In this document: one piece after another, positions 17,380 through 27,018 of the stretch
Layout: each line of letters begins with the position of its first letter
How positions within the stretch are numbered: the first letter of the stretch is position 1
Assembly: GCA_045579745.1 (NCBI GenBank)
Contig: JAZNMQ010000002.1
Coordinates: forward strand, 1 to 58,288
Reading direction: 5' to 3'
Source of the DNA: Candidatus Flemingiibacterium sp.
GTDB taxonomy: Bacteria > Bacillota > Clostridia > Oscillospirales > CAG-272
DNA length: 58,288 nucleotides
The notes under the pieces: model-generated
What the model was told of the DNA's origin: nothing
The model's database searches: none
The model's input: only the letters and a program-made list of their open reading frames with translations
Translations under genes and position numbers: made by a program

Positions 17380-19293
17380 ATGACGAACATTCCTGAATAT
17401 TACGCCGGTCAAGCTGATGTTTGCGTTATTGGCGCAGGGCATGCCGGCATTGAAGCTGCACTCGCAGCGGCGCGCCTCGGTTTTTCCACAATACTGTTCA
17501 CAATCAATCTTGACGCTGTTGGAAATATGCCGTGCAACCCCTCTATCGGCGGAACCGGCAAAGGACATTTGGTATACGAAATCGACGCACTCGGCGGCGA
17601 AATGGGCAGAGCGGCTGACAAGGTTATGCTTCAAAGCAGAGTATTGAATCTCGGCAAGGGCGCGGCAGTCCACTCCAAGCGAATACAGGCAGATCGCGCT
17701 GAATACAAGCGAATAATGAAGCAAACCATCGAAAATACCCCTAATCTCCGACTTATTCAGGCTGAGATAACCGACATCCGTACAACTCAAATCGACGGCA
17801 TTAAGCGTGTCTGCGCTGTAATAACCAATTTGGGCGCAAGATGGGACTGCAAGGCGGCGATAATCTGCTCGGGTACATATCTTCGCGGCAAGGTCATCGT
17901 CGGCGAGGTTTCCTACAGCTCGGGGCCTGACGGAATGCTGCCGGCAAATGAGCTGACAGCAAATCTTGAGCGCGAGGGCATCACAATGATGCGCTTCAAG
18001 ACCGGAACTCCGGCGAGAGTTCATCGCAACTCCATCGATTATTCAAGGCTTGAAATTCAGCCCGGCGATAATGAGGTTGACCCATTTTCTGTCGATTCAG
18101 ACAGAGAAAAACTAAACAATGCCGAACAGCTTCCCTGCTATATCGTATACACAAATAAGAACACACATGAAATCATTCGCTCAAACATGTCAAGATCTCC
18201 GCTATATTCAGGCATGATTGAGGGAATCGGCCCGCGCTATTGTCCAAGCATTGAGGATAAGGTCATGCGCTTTGCCGATAAGGAACGCCATCAGCTCTTC
18301 ATCGAGCCGATGGGACGCGACACAAATGAAATGTACATTCAAGGCTTTTCTTCGTCGCTTCCTGAGGAGATTCAGATGCAGATGCTTCATTCCCTCCCCG
18401 GATTTGAGAATGCACAGGTAATGCGCACAGCTTACGCCATCGAATATGACTGCATTGACCCCACACAGCTCTACTCCACACTTGAGTTTAAAGAGATATC
18501 GGGGCTTTACGGCGCAGGGCAATTCAACGGAACCTCCGGCTATGAGGAAGCCGCCGCACAAGGTCTTGTCGCAGGTATAAATGCCGCACTGAAGCTTCGC
18601 GGTGACGAGCCGATGACTCTCTCACGACAGAGCTCATATATAGGTACTCTGATTGATGACCTCGTTACCAAAGGCACAAAAGAGCCCTATCGCATCATGA
18701 CATCGCGTTCTGAATACCGACTGCTGATACGGCAGGATAATGCCGCCGAGCGTCTTACCCCTATCGGAAGACGGGTTGGACTTATTTCCGATGAGCGTTG
18801 GAGCGCATTCGAGCTTGAGCAAGCACAGATAAAGGCTGAGATCAAGCGACTTGAATCCACCACCATTCCGCCGAGCAAGGAGCTTTCCGATATTCTTAGC
18901 GCCAATGCGTCAGCACCGATTACCACGGGCATTCGTATTGTCGAGCTGATAAAACGCCCTGAGCTCTCATATGATAAGCTGGCATGCGTTGACACATCTC
19001 GTCCCGAGCTTCCCATTCGTGTTCGGGTTCAGGTTGAAACCAACATCAAATATGCCGGTTATATTAAGCGTCAGCTTTCCGATGTTGCACGAACAGCGAA
19101 GCTCGAAGAAAAGAAGCTGCCGAGCTCCTTTGATTACAGCCAGATCAAGGGAATCAGAATCGAAGCCGTACAGAAGCTCAACAAGATTCAGCCTCTGAAT
19201 ATCGGTCAAGCTTCGCGTATAAGCGGCATCTCTCCCGCTGATATATCCGTTCTGCTAATTTATTTTTCTAACCACAAGGAAAAGGAGCAATAA
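17380..19293 (+). CDS. mnmG: tRNA uridine 5-carboxymethylaminomethyl modification enzyme MnmG (GidA)
   Basis: [55 protein letters not shown]. Confidence 0.98.
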   Translation: MTNIPEYYAGQADVCVIGAGHAGIEAALAAARLGFSTILFTINLDAVGNMPCNPSIGGTGKGHLVYEIDALGGEMGRAADKVMLQSRVLNLGKGAAVHSKRIQADRAEYKRIMKQTIENTPNLRLIQAEITDIRTTQIDGIKRVCAVITNLGARWDCKAAIICSGTYLRGKVIVGEVSYSSGPDGMLPANELTANLEREGITMMRFKTGTPARVHRNSIDYSRLEIQPGDNEVDPFSVDSDREKLNNAEQLPCYIVYTNKNTHEIIRSNMSRSPLYSGMIEGIGPRYCPSIEDKVMRFADKERHQLFIEPMGRDTNEMYIQGFSSSLPEEIQMQMLHSLPGFENAQVMRTAYAIEYDCIDPTQLYSTLEFKEISGLYGAGQFNGTSGYEEAAAQGLVAGINAALKLRGDEPMTLSRQSSYIGTLIDDLVTKGTKEPYRIMTSRSEYRLLIRQDNAAERLTPIGRRVGLISDERWSAFELEQAQIKAEIKRLESTTIPPSKELSDILSANASAPITTGIRIVELIKRPELSYDKLACVDTSRPELPIRVRVQVETNIKYAGYIKRQLSDVARTAKLEEKKLPSSFDYSQIKGIRIEAVQKLNKIQPLNIGQASRISGISPADISVLLIYFSNHKEKEQ

Positions 19294-20033
19294 TGTTGGA
19301 AATACAAGAATTCAGCGCTCTTTTCAAAAAAATCATGGGGCTTAACAAGCTTTCCGAGCTTTGCGATGACGACGCAATTATCAAGAAGTTTTATGCTCTT
19401 ACAAACAGAATGCTCGAGGTCAATTCTTATATGAATTTGACCGCTATAACGGATATTCCCGAAATTATTCTGAAGCATTATGTCGATTCTCTTATGATTT
19501 CGAATCACCTCCCTCACGGAGCATCTATTATAGATATCGGCTGCGGCGCGGGCTTCCCGTCGCTTCCCCTTGCAATCGTTCGCGATGATTTAAGAATAAC
19601 TGCGCTTGACAGTACTGCAAAGCGCGTGAATTACATCAAGGAAACCGCAAAAATGCTGTCCCTTTGCAATATAAACCCTGTTGCGGCTCGCGCAGAGGAT
19701 TACGTTAAGCAGGACGGCAACTTTGAGAAGTATGATTTTTCGTGCGCGAGAGCCGTCGCAAGATTGAATGTTCTCTGTGAGCTTTGCATGCCGTATGTCA
19801 AGCAAGGCGGAGCTTTTTTGGCGATGAAGGCTAACGCCGCCGATGAGCTGACCGAGGCTCGTAACGCGATCTCGGTTCTTGGCGGCGAACTGTCAGCGGT
19901 TGATGAATTTGAGCTCACCTGCGAGGACGATTCTGCATCCAATCCGCGCTGTATAATTACCATCAACAAGATTTCCCACACGCCGAAAATTTATCCGCGC
20001 AATAACTCACAAATCAAGAAAAAACCTCTGTAA
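19293..20033 (+). CDS. rsmG: 16S rRNA m7G527 methyltransferase RsmG (GidB)
   Basis: MNLTAI, KHYVDS, DIGCGAGFPS, ARAVA; follows mnmG. Confidence 0.96.
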   Translation: MLEIQEFSALFKKIMGLNKLSELCDDDAIIKKFYALTNRMLEVNSYMNLTAITDIPEIILKHYVDSLMISNHLPHGASIIDIGCGAGFPSLPLAIVRDDLRITALDSTAKRVNYIKETAKMLSLCNINPVAARAEDYVKQDGNFEKYDFSCARAVARLNVLCELCMPYVKQGGAFLAMKANAADELTEARNAISVLGGELSAVDEFELTCEDDSASNPRCIITINKISHTPKIYPRNNSQIKKKPL

Positions 20034-20063
20034 TACAGCTTTTTTGCGTAATATATCCCATAA

Positions 20064-20104
20064 TAAAACAGCTCGTTTTAATATTCGACGAGCTGTTTTA
20101 TTTA
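20064..20104 (+). terminator. Terminator after rsmG
   Basis: TAAAACAGCTCGTT...GACGAGCTGTTTTA plus T-tract. Confidence 0.75.
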
Positions 20105-20187
20105 TCTATCTCCTTTTTTCGCTCATTTTCACGCTGTGAGTGTGTTAATATGAAAACACAGCCATAATAAAAAGGAGATGTAGAAAA

Positions 20188-21129
20188 ATGACCACATTAA
20201 ATCTATTCAAAAACTCAGCGAAAAGAGCTCTCGAAAACGAGCAGGAAAAGCTTCGCAAATCGTGGAACGAACTCTCCGAAAGAGAACGAGCATTCAACGA
20301 AACGAAAGAATTTGGCAGAATACATATGTTGCCGACCGAACGTATAATTGCGAATCCAAATCAGCCGCGCAAACAGTTCGAGGATGAATCGCTAATCAAT
20401 CTCGCAGACAGCATACGGCTGTACGGCATACTTCAACCGCTCACAGTCAGACGTGTTGACACTAAGGGTCAATACGATTCAATGTTTGAAATTATTGCAG
20501 GTGAGAGGCGTTACCGAGCCGCAAAAATGCTTGGATTTGCAACCGTTCCGTGCATAATTATCAAAGTGGACAATAAGAAATCGGCGGAGCTTGCAATAAT
20601 AGAAAATATCCAAAGAGAAAACCTGAACATTTTCGAGCAAGCAAGCGCGATAGCATCGCTCATTGATATGTACGGGCTCACGCAGGAAGAAGCCGCCAGA
20701 CAGCTCTCTATGAGTCAATCGTTTATCGCAAATAAGCTCAGGATTCTTCGTCTGACGCCTCCCGAGCGCGAGAAGATTCTTGAATTCGGGCTTACCGAAC
20801 GTCATGCGCGCGCTTTGCTTAAAATTCAGTCAACGGAACAGCGCATTCGAATCATCGACTATATTCACGCGCACAATTTGAATGTAGCCACCACCGAGTC
20901 ATACATCGACCGGCTGATCAGCGAGAACAACCAGCTTCAACGGCCGCGCCCACAGCGCAAGATAATACTGAAGGATATGCGTATCTTTTACAACTCCATC
21001 GATAAAGCCGTTTCGCTGATCAAGCAAGCAGGCATTCCCGTCGAGGATGAGCGCATAGAGCTTGAAAATCAAGTCGAGATCAAAATACGAGTGCCGAAAG
21101 CATCGCTTCACGCATTTAATCGACAGTAA
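20188..21129 (+). CDS. noc: ParB-family nucleoid occlusion protein Noc-like
   Basis: NPNQPRK, IIAGERRYRA, IENIQRENL, IANKLRIL, LTERHARALL, KDMRIFYNSI; position between rsmG and parA. Confidence 0.85.
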   Translation: MTTLNLFKNSAKRALENEQEKLRKSWNELSERERAFNETKEFGRIHMLPTERIIANPNQPRKQFEDESLINLADSIRLYGILQPLTVRRVDTKGQYDSMFEIIAGERRYRAAKMLGFATVPCIIIKVDNKKSAELAIIENIQRENLNIFEQASAIASLIDMYGLTQEEAARQLSMSQSFIANKLRILRLTPPEREKILEFGLTERHARALLKIQSTEQRIRIIDYIHAHNLNVATTESYIDRLISENNQLQRPRPQRKIILKDMRIFYNSIDKAVSLIKQAGIPVEDERIELENQVEIKIRVPKASLHAFNRQ

Positions 21130-21145
21130 TGTTTCACGTGAAACA
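21130..21145. promoter_or_regulatory. parS centromere site (perfect consensus)
   Basis: TGTTTCACGTGAAACA immediately after the noc stop codon, upstream of parAB. Confidence 0.95.
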
Positions 21146-21184
21146 TTTTTCGCCATAATTAAAGTGAGTATTTACAAAATATCA

Positions 21185-21213
21185 TTGACTTTTTTTCGGA
21201 TTATTGATATAAT
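21185..21213 (+). promoter_or_regulatory. Sigma-A promoter of parA-parB-serS
   Basis: TTGACT-17nt-TATAAT with extended -10 TG. Confidence 0.75.
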
Positions 21214-21286
21214 AATATGTATGAATGTATGTTGAAATAACAGCGTTTCAACGCATACATGTATCTTATCAAAGCGGAGGCGGCCA

Positions 21287-22051
21287 ATGGCATATACAAT
21301 ATCGTTAGCTAATCAAAAAGGCGGCGTCGGCAAAACGACATCCGCAGTAAATTGTGCCGCCGCATTAGGTGCTCTTGGCAAAAAGGTTCTGCTTGTTGAC
21401 CTCGACCCGCAAGGAAATGCAACAAGCGGAGTCGGAATCCAACGCAAAAAGATCAAATGCTCAACCTACGACCTTATGATTGGAAGGGTGACAGCGACTG
21501 AAGCTATTATTCAAACCGCTTTCACCAATCTATGGGTTATACCTGCACAAATATCCTTGACAGGCGCGGAATTTGAATTAGTCGACATCGAAAGGCGCGA
21601 ACTGCTTCTCAAAAACGCTTTGTCCGAGATCGATGCTGAATTCGATTATATTATAATCGATTGTCCTCCGTCGCTCGGAATCCTTTCGATCAATGCTCTT
21701 GCCGCAAGCAACGGCATAATAATTCCTATGCAATGCGAGTTTTACTCGCTTGAGGGACTGTCGCAGCTGCTATTGTCAATAAAGCAGGTAAAAAAGCTGT
21801 ATAATCATACACTCGAAATAACAGGCATCCTTATAACCATGTACAACGGCCGTCTGAATCTTTCAATGCAGGTGCTCGATGAGCTGAAAAAATATTACTC
21901 GGACAAGCTCTTTAAAACGGGCGTCGTGCGTAACGTCAAGCTCTCCGAGGCTCCGAGCTATGGCGAACCAATTATATACTACGACAAGCATTCAAAAGGC
22001 GCGCTTGCCTACATGGATATTGCCCAGGAAATAATCGACCGCACCAACTGA
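21287..22051 (+). CDS. parA: Chromosome partitioning ATPase ParA/Soj
   Basis: NQKGGVGKTT, DLDPQGNATSG, IDCPPSLG, QCEFYSLEGL, RNVKLSEAPSYG. Confidence 0.97.
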   Translation: MAYTISLANQKGGVGKTTSAVNCAAALGALGKKVLLVDLDPQGNATSGVGIQRKKIKCSTYDLMIGRVTATEAIIQTAFTNLWVIPAQISLTGAEFELVDIERRELLLKNALSEIDAEFDYIIIDCPPSLGILSINALAASNGIIIPMQCEFYSLEGLSQLLLSIKQVKKLYNHTLEITGILITMYNGRLNLSMQVLDELKKYYSDKLFKTGVVRNVKLSEAPSYGEPIIYYDKHSKGALAYMDIAQEIIDRTN

Positions 22052-22083
22052 CAGCCAATATTAACCGTGAAAGTGAAAATGAT

Positions 22084-22974
22084 ATGAAGAAAAAACAAGC
22101 GCTTGGGCGTGGCATTGATTCGGTGTTTCTTGACAATTCATACGATACTCAGGATAACATCTCAACGCTTCGTCTGTCTGAGATAGAACCGCGGCGAGGT
22201 CAGCCGAGAAAGCACTTTGACAACGAAGCCTTATCACAGCTGGCAGATTCCATTGCAGCCAACGGCTTAATACAGCCAATTATCGTAAGGGCTCAGGAAT
22301 CCTCCGATTTTTATCAAATAATTGCAGGTGAACGCCGCTGGCGTGCCGCAAAAATGGCCGGGCTGAGTGAAGTTCCGGTCGTGATACTCGATATTGACGA
22401 CAAAAAAGCGGCTGAATATGCACTTATAGAAAATATTCAGCGTGAAGATCTGAACCCGATAGAAGAAGCTCAGGGATATTATGCGCTGATAAATGAGTAT
22501 GAGCTGACTCAAGAGCAGGTAGCAAAGCAGGTAGGAAAAAGCCGTGCAGCTGTAACCAATTCGCTCAGGCTCTTAGAGCTTCCCGAGGCGGTTCTTGCGT
22601 TGGTATCAAATAAAAGCTTATCCGCCGGTCATGCACGCGCATTGCTTGGCATTAACGATAAAAGCTCGATAGAAGCTGCAGCGCAGCTTGTAATTGATCG
22701 AGAGCTGTCTGTACGTGCAACCGAGGATTATGTAAAGAAGCTTAATCTTTCGCCTGAAGCCGAGCCAAAAGAAGCTGACCCGAATGAGCTTATCGAAAAG
22801 AATTACTACTCATCACTCGAGGACCGAATTGAAAAAATGTGCGGTCTGAAGGTTAAGATTTCACATACAAAGCGCAGCAAGAGCATAACCGTTGCATATA
22901 CAGACGCCAATGAGCTTGAAGAGCTGTTAAAGAAGCTCCTAGGCAGCGAAAACACCGAAAATTTATTTGCATAA
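22084..22974 (+). CDS. parB: Chromosome partitioning protein ParB/Spo0J
   Basis: ALGRGI, QPRKHF, IIAGERRWRAA, ENIQREDLNPIEEA, GKSRAAVTNSLRLL, SAGHARALL. Confidence 0.97.
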   Translation: MKKKQALGRGIDSVFLDNSYDTQDNISTLRLSEIEPRRGQPRKHFDNEALSQLADSIAANGLIQPIIVRAQESSDFYQIIAGERRWRAAKMAGLSEVPVVILDIDDKKAAEYALIENIQREDLNPIEEAQGYYALINEYELTQEQVAKQVGKSRAAVTNSLRLLELPEAVLALVSNKSLSAGHARALLGINDKSSIEAAAQLVIDRELSVRATEDYVKKLNLSPEAEPKEADPNELIEKNYYSSLEDRIEKMCGLKVKISHTKRSKSITVAYTDANELEELLKKLLGSENTENLFA

Positions 22975-22992
22975 AACAAGGGAGTTAATAAA

Positions 22993-24282
22993 ATGCTTGA
23001 CATTAAATACATCAAAGAAAACACCGAAGACGTTATAACCCGTCTTGCAAACAAAGGAAAGGATGCGCGCGAGGAAATTGAAAGAATTATCGTCCTCGAC
23101 ACACAAAGACGTGCTCTTATTTCTGAAACAGAGGCACTTAAAGCCGAACAGAATAAGGTTTCCAAATCAATTCCTCAGCTCAAAAAGAACGGCGAAGATG
23201 TAACACCTATCTTCGCACAGATGAAGGAGCTGTCAAAGAAGATCGATGAGGGCGATGAGAAGCTCAAAGGCATCGACCTTGAATACACAAATCTCATGCT
23301 CAGCCTTCCCAATCTTCCCGACCCCGATTTAAAGCCCGGCGGAAAGGAAAACAACGAGGCGCTTCGTTATTACGGCGAGCCTCACAAGTTTGATTTTGAG
23401 CCGAAGAACCACGTTGATATTTGCACAGACCTCGGTCTTATCGATTACAAGCGCGGCGTAAAGCTCTCCGGAAACGGATTCTGGATTTATCGCGGACTTG
23501 GCGCGCGTCTTGAATGGGCACTTCTCAATTACTTTGTTGATACACATATCGGCGACGGATACGAGCTTATTCTTGTTCCTCACATGCTCGGCTACGAATG
23601 CGGACTCACCGCCGGTCAGTTCCCGAAATTCGCAGATGATGTATTCTGGCTCGAAACAGCCGAGGACGAGCGTCGTCGCTTCATGCTCCCGACCGCAGAA
23701 ACAGCTCTCGTATCACTTCACCGCGGAGAGATCCTTACCGAGGCTGACCTTCCGAAGAAATATATCAGCTATACTCCTTGCTTCCGCAGAGAAGCAGGCT
23801 CATACCGTGCAGACGAGCGTGGAATGGTACGCGGACATCAGTTTAACAAGGTTGAAATGGTTCAGTACACTCGCCCCGAGGATTCCGATGACGCATTTGC
23901 AGAGCTTGTAGGCAAGGCGGAAGCACTTGTAAGCGGACTCGGCTTCCACTTCAGAACAGTCAAGCTTGCCGCTGAGGACTGCTCCGCATCTATGGCTCGC
24001 ACATACGATATCGAAATTCATATTCCTTCAATGGATGGATATAAAGAGGTAAGCTCGGTTTCTAACGCACGCGACTATCAGGCTCGCCGCGGTCAAATGA
24101 GATTCAAGCGCGAATCTACAGGAAAGATTGAGTTTATGCACACTCTCAACGGTTCAGGACTTGCTACAAGCCGTATACTTCCCGCTATTGTTGAGCAAAA
24201 TCAACAGAAAGACGGAAGCGTCCTCGTTCCTGAGGTTCTCCAGAAATACCTTGGCTGCGAGATCATTAAAAAGGATAACTAA
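22993..24282 (+). CDS. serS: Serine--tRNA ligase
   Basis: MLDIK, N-terminal coiled coil, PTAET, FRREAG, HQFNKVE, EVSSVSN, HTLNGSGLA. Confidence 0.97.
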   Translation: MLDIKYIKENTEDVITRLANKGKDAREEIERIIVLDTQRRALISETEALKAEQNKVSKSIPQLKKNGEDVTPIFAQMKELSKKIDEGDEKLKGIDLEYTNLMLSLPNLPDPDLKPGGKENNEALRYYGEPHKFDFEPKNHVDICTDLGLIDYKRGVKLSGNGFWIYRGLGARLEWALLNYFVDTHIGDGYELILVPHMLGYECGLTAGQFPKFADDVFWLETAEDERRRFMLPTAETALVSLHRGEILTEADLPKKYISYTPCFRREAGSYRADERGMVRGHQFNKVEMVQYTRPEDSDDAFAELVGKAEALVSGLGFHFRTVKLAAEDCSASMARTYDIEIHIPSMDGYKEVSSVSNARDYQARRGQMRFKRESTGKIEFMHTLNGSGLATSRILPAIVEQNQQKDGSVLVPEVLQKYLGCEIIKKDN

Positions 24283-24354
24283 ACATTTGAGCTCGTATTA
24301 ATAGCGGCCAAGCGCCGTTATTAATACGCCAATATGATAAAAAGGAGGAATACA

Positions 24355-24903
24355 ATGGATTTTTTTGAAGCGTTATGGAATGACCTTCAAAAGGTTGTCG
24401 GAAAACCAATCATGCTTGGCAGTCAACCGATAACAACACTTAACATCATAGTATGGTCACTTTTTATCGGCTTTATGATAGGCATCGGTGTAACCTTATA
24501 TAATAAATTCGTACTTGGCTCGATCGTACGCCGACTTATCGAACGCGGAGCCAATACAGAGGACAGCGCCGTTTTGGCTGCTGAAATAGGCTGCGCGAAC
24601 CCGTTTACGAGGTTTGCACTCAGAAAAAGCGGTTCTTTTCGTAAGATTGTACGAATGAAGGGCGACAGCGAAGCTGAGCGCAGCAATGAACCGTTTGATA
24701 CTGCAAGATTCTATATTCCCGATGAAACCGTACACCGCGCAGAAGTAATCTACGGTAATACAGGTACAAGTGTAATTACGGTATTGCTTTCAATTCTCGC
24801 TTTATTGGTTGTTGCACTTCTTTCGTTTATTATAATACCCGACCTCATACAAATGTTCTCAAATTTCATTTCAAACGTAACACCAAACAGTAATATACTT
24901 TAA
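24355..24903 (+). CDS. Hypothetical membrane protein (2 TM helices)
   Basis: AAGGAGG RBS before ATG 24355; hydrophobic segments at both ends. Confidence 0.8.
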   Translation: MDFFEALWNDLQKVVGKPIMLGSQPITTLNIIVWSLFIGFMIGIGVTLYNKFVLGSIVRRLIERGANTEDSAVLAAEIGCANPFTRFALRKSGSFRKIVRMKGDSEAERSNEPFDTARFYIPDETVHRAEVIYGNTGTSVITVLLSILALLVVALLSFIIIPDLIQMFSNFISNVTPNSNIL

Positions 24904-25026
24904 GACAGAAAACAACTATTTCATACGGCTTTGTGTCGTTACGGCATTTGGGTACAATCTTCACAACCCCAGCCACAATTCCACTATAAGGAAGCTTTTT
25001 AGCCGAGATTATGCGGCATTAAAGCA

Positions 25027-25890
25027 ATGGTAAAAAAAATGAATTATGAAAAAACAAAAAAACGCGGCCGTCGTTACCGCAGTACAGTCAGTATTTTTCT
25101 GACAATCTTGATAATAGCCGCTATTGCAGTCGGAGCTGTAGCCGCAGGAATCTATTTCAGCGGAATACGCTATTTCAGCATGAACACCGAGGATGGCGGA
25201 AAGGTTAAATTCTTCGGCAGAGTTGACTCCGACGGCGAACCGCTTACGGGCAAGCTCTATTACTCAAACGGAATGACCGCCGAGGTTGACATGGAGAAAA
25301 ACTCTGTTGTATACTCAAACGGCGATATTTACGAGGGAGAGCTTGATGACCTGAAGCGTAATGGCAAGGGCAAGCTTATCTATGCCAACGGTGATGTTTA
25401 TGAGGGCGAATTTGTCGATGAGCGTATCATGGGCTTTGGCGTTTATACCTTCTCAAACGGAGATGTTTATGAGGGAAATCTCATCGATGGAAAGAAGGAC
25501 GGCTTCGGAACATATTCGTGGGCTGACGGCTCTGTTTACTCAGGAATGTTCAAGGATGATATGAAGAACGGCGAAGGCACATATACATGGTCGGACAATT
25601 CTTCATATACAGGCTCGTATGTCAACGAATTGAAAGACGGCAAGGGCACATATACCTTCTCGAACGGAGATAGATACTCAGGAGATTTTGTTGCTGACGT
25701 GCGCACCGGCACCGGCGTATATGTTTGGGCGAACGGCGACATGTACGAGGGCGAGTTTCTTGATAATAAAATGCACGGCAAAGGTAAATATACGTGGATT
25801 AGCGGCAGAGTGTTCGAGGGCGAGTTTGAACAAGGCAAAATCGTTAATAACGAAGCTGCCGACGAACAAGAAGCGACTGGCGAACAATAA
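25027..25890 (+). CDS. MORN-repeat protein with N-terminal membrane anchor
   Basis: Eight 23-aa repeats of type NGDxYEGxFxxxxxxGxGxYTW. Confidence 0.92.
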   Translation: MVKKMNYEKTKKRGRRYRSTVSIFLTILIIAAIAVGAVAAGIYFSGIRYFSMNTEDGGKVKFFGRVDSDGEPLTGKLYYSNGMTAEVDMEKNSVVYSNGDIYEGELDDLKRNGKGKLIYANGDVYEGEFVDERIMGFGVYTFSNGDVYEGNLIDGKKDGFGTYSWADGSVYSGMFKDDMKNGEGTYTWSDNSSYTGSYVNELKDGKGTYTFSNGDRYSGDFVADVRTGTGVYVWANGDMYEGEFLDNKMHGKGKYTWISGRVFEGEFEQGKIVNNEAADEQEATGEQ

Positions 25891-25920
25891 TATAGCAATC
25901 CTTACATAATACAAAACTGT

Positions 25921-26018
25921 AAAAGGGACACCTTCCATAATCGGATGAGGTGTCCCTTTATCGTTAGGTTAAACAAAAAAGCTTTGTCCGCATTTATAGC
26001 TTAAAGCGGACAAAGCGC
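25921..26018. terminator. Pair of terminators between convergent MORN and RNHCP genes
   Basis: AAAGGGACACCT/AGGTGTCCCTTT and GCTTTGTCCG/CGGACAAAGC stems. Confidence 0.7.
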
Positions 26019-26038
26019 ATTATTATTTTGTAGTATAA

Positions 26039-26371
26039 TCAATAATTTGGACCTGCTGTGAGCTTAATGAGCAAACCTATATCATCAGGCTGAACCTTTG
26101 CAGGATATGCAGCCTTGTTTCGAACAGTTTTACCGCATTTTTCGCATCGATAAACAATAATATAGCCCTTTTTTGGATCGGGAAGCACTTGGATCGGGCG
26201 TAACAGTCCAAGACATTCATTCGCACGGTCGCCGGGATTTATATCGATATGTATCGAGCAAAGGCATTTCGGGCAGTGGTCGCGCGAAGTTACGCCGAGC
26301 GGCTTTACCTCAAAGCCACAATTTTTACATATAAAACCGGAATCATTTTTCTGAAATCGCTTTTCTTCCAT
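26039..26371 (-). CDS. RNHCP-domain zinc-binding protein
   Basis: FICKNCG...RDHCPKCLCSIHIDINPGDRA...CxG...YRCEKCG. Confidence 0.9.
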   Translation of the reverse strand: MEEKRFQKNDSGFICKNCGFEVKPLGVTSRDHCPKCLCSIHIDINPGDRANECLGLLRPIQVLPDPKKGYIIVYRCEKCGKTVRNKAAYPAKVQPDDIGLLIKLTAGPNY

Positions 26372-26459
26372 TTTCAGGATTAATCTCCTTTATATTCATG
26401 TTTAATAACATAATTTACGCAAATAATAATTGTGAACCAAACCGAAAGGAAAGTTTACA

Positions 26460-26972
26460 ATGATAAACCAAATTAGAAAACGATTATTTATTATAACACT
26501 CGCCGTAATTTTTGCAATGAGTCTTTTGATTATTTCAACTTCGGCAATGGGAGTACGCGCGGGCATGGATCAAGGCGAAAACAATACTCTCGACTCTGTA
26601 CTTGACGATACCACAAGCGATTCGGCAAGCGGTGACTCAAACACAAACGACTCAAGCGGGAGTGACAGCACCCAGAACAACACATCCGACTCAACCGGCG
26701 CGGGAACAGGCGAATTCGGAGTAGACACATCCGATAATGCAAGCAACTCTGCTAATGGGGCGGACGATACCTCACGGGAAAACGCTTTAACAAACGACTC
26801 CATGAACGCAAGCGACGGAATTGCAACTGACAGGGACGGAATAATTGATGATGGCTTAGACACCGAGGAGAGCACCAATAACGATATGAGCATTTGGGGT
26901 ATAGTTATCGCAATTATAATTATTGCCGCAATAGCAGGTCTGATAGCAGTCTTTTTTACAAAAAAGAAATAA
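26460..26972 (+). CDS. Exported low-complexity D/S/T/N-rich protein with C-terminal TM anchor
   Basis: Signal peptide ending STSA, acidic disordered middle, TM helix plus KKK; RBS GAAAGGA. Confidence 0.8.
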   Translation: MINQIRKRLFIITLAVIFAMSLLIISTSAMGVRAGMDQGENNTLDSVLDDTTSDSASGDSNTNDSSGSDSTQNNTSDSTGAGTGEFGVDTSDNASNSANGADDTSRENALTNDSMNASDGIATDRDGIIDDGLDTEESTNNDMSIWGIVIAIIIIAAIAGLIAVFFTKKK

Positions 26973-26977
26973 TTATC

Positions 26978-27015
26978 GTGCTGTCGCACAGCGTTAAACG
27001 CATTTGCGGCAGCAT
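26978..27015. terminator. Hairpin between convergent genes (GCTGTCGCA...TGCGGCAGC family)
   Basis: Inverted repeat read directly. Confidence 0.6.
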
Positions 27016-27018
27016 ATT

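Noticed and set aside
24904-25026. Possible riboswitch upstream of the MORN-repeat gene
   Set aside because: No recognisable aptamer consensus or convincing expression platform by eye
25310-25840. 69-nt periodic repeats
   Set aside because: Fully explained by ordinary MORN repeats
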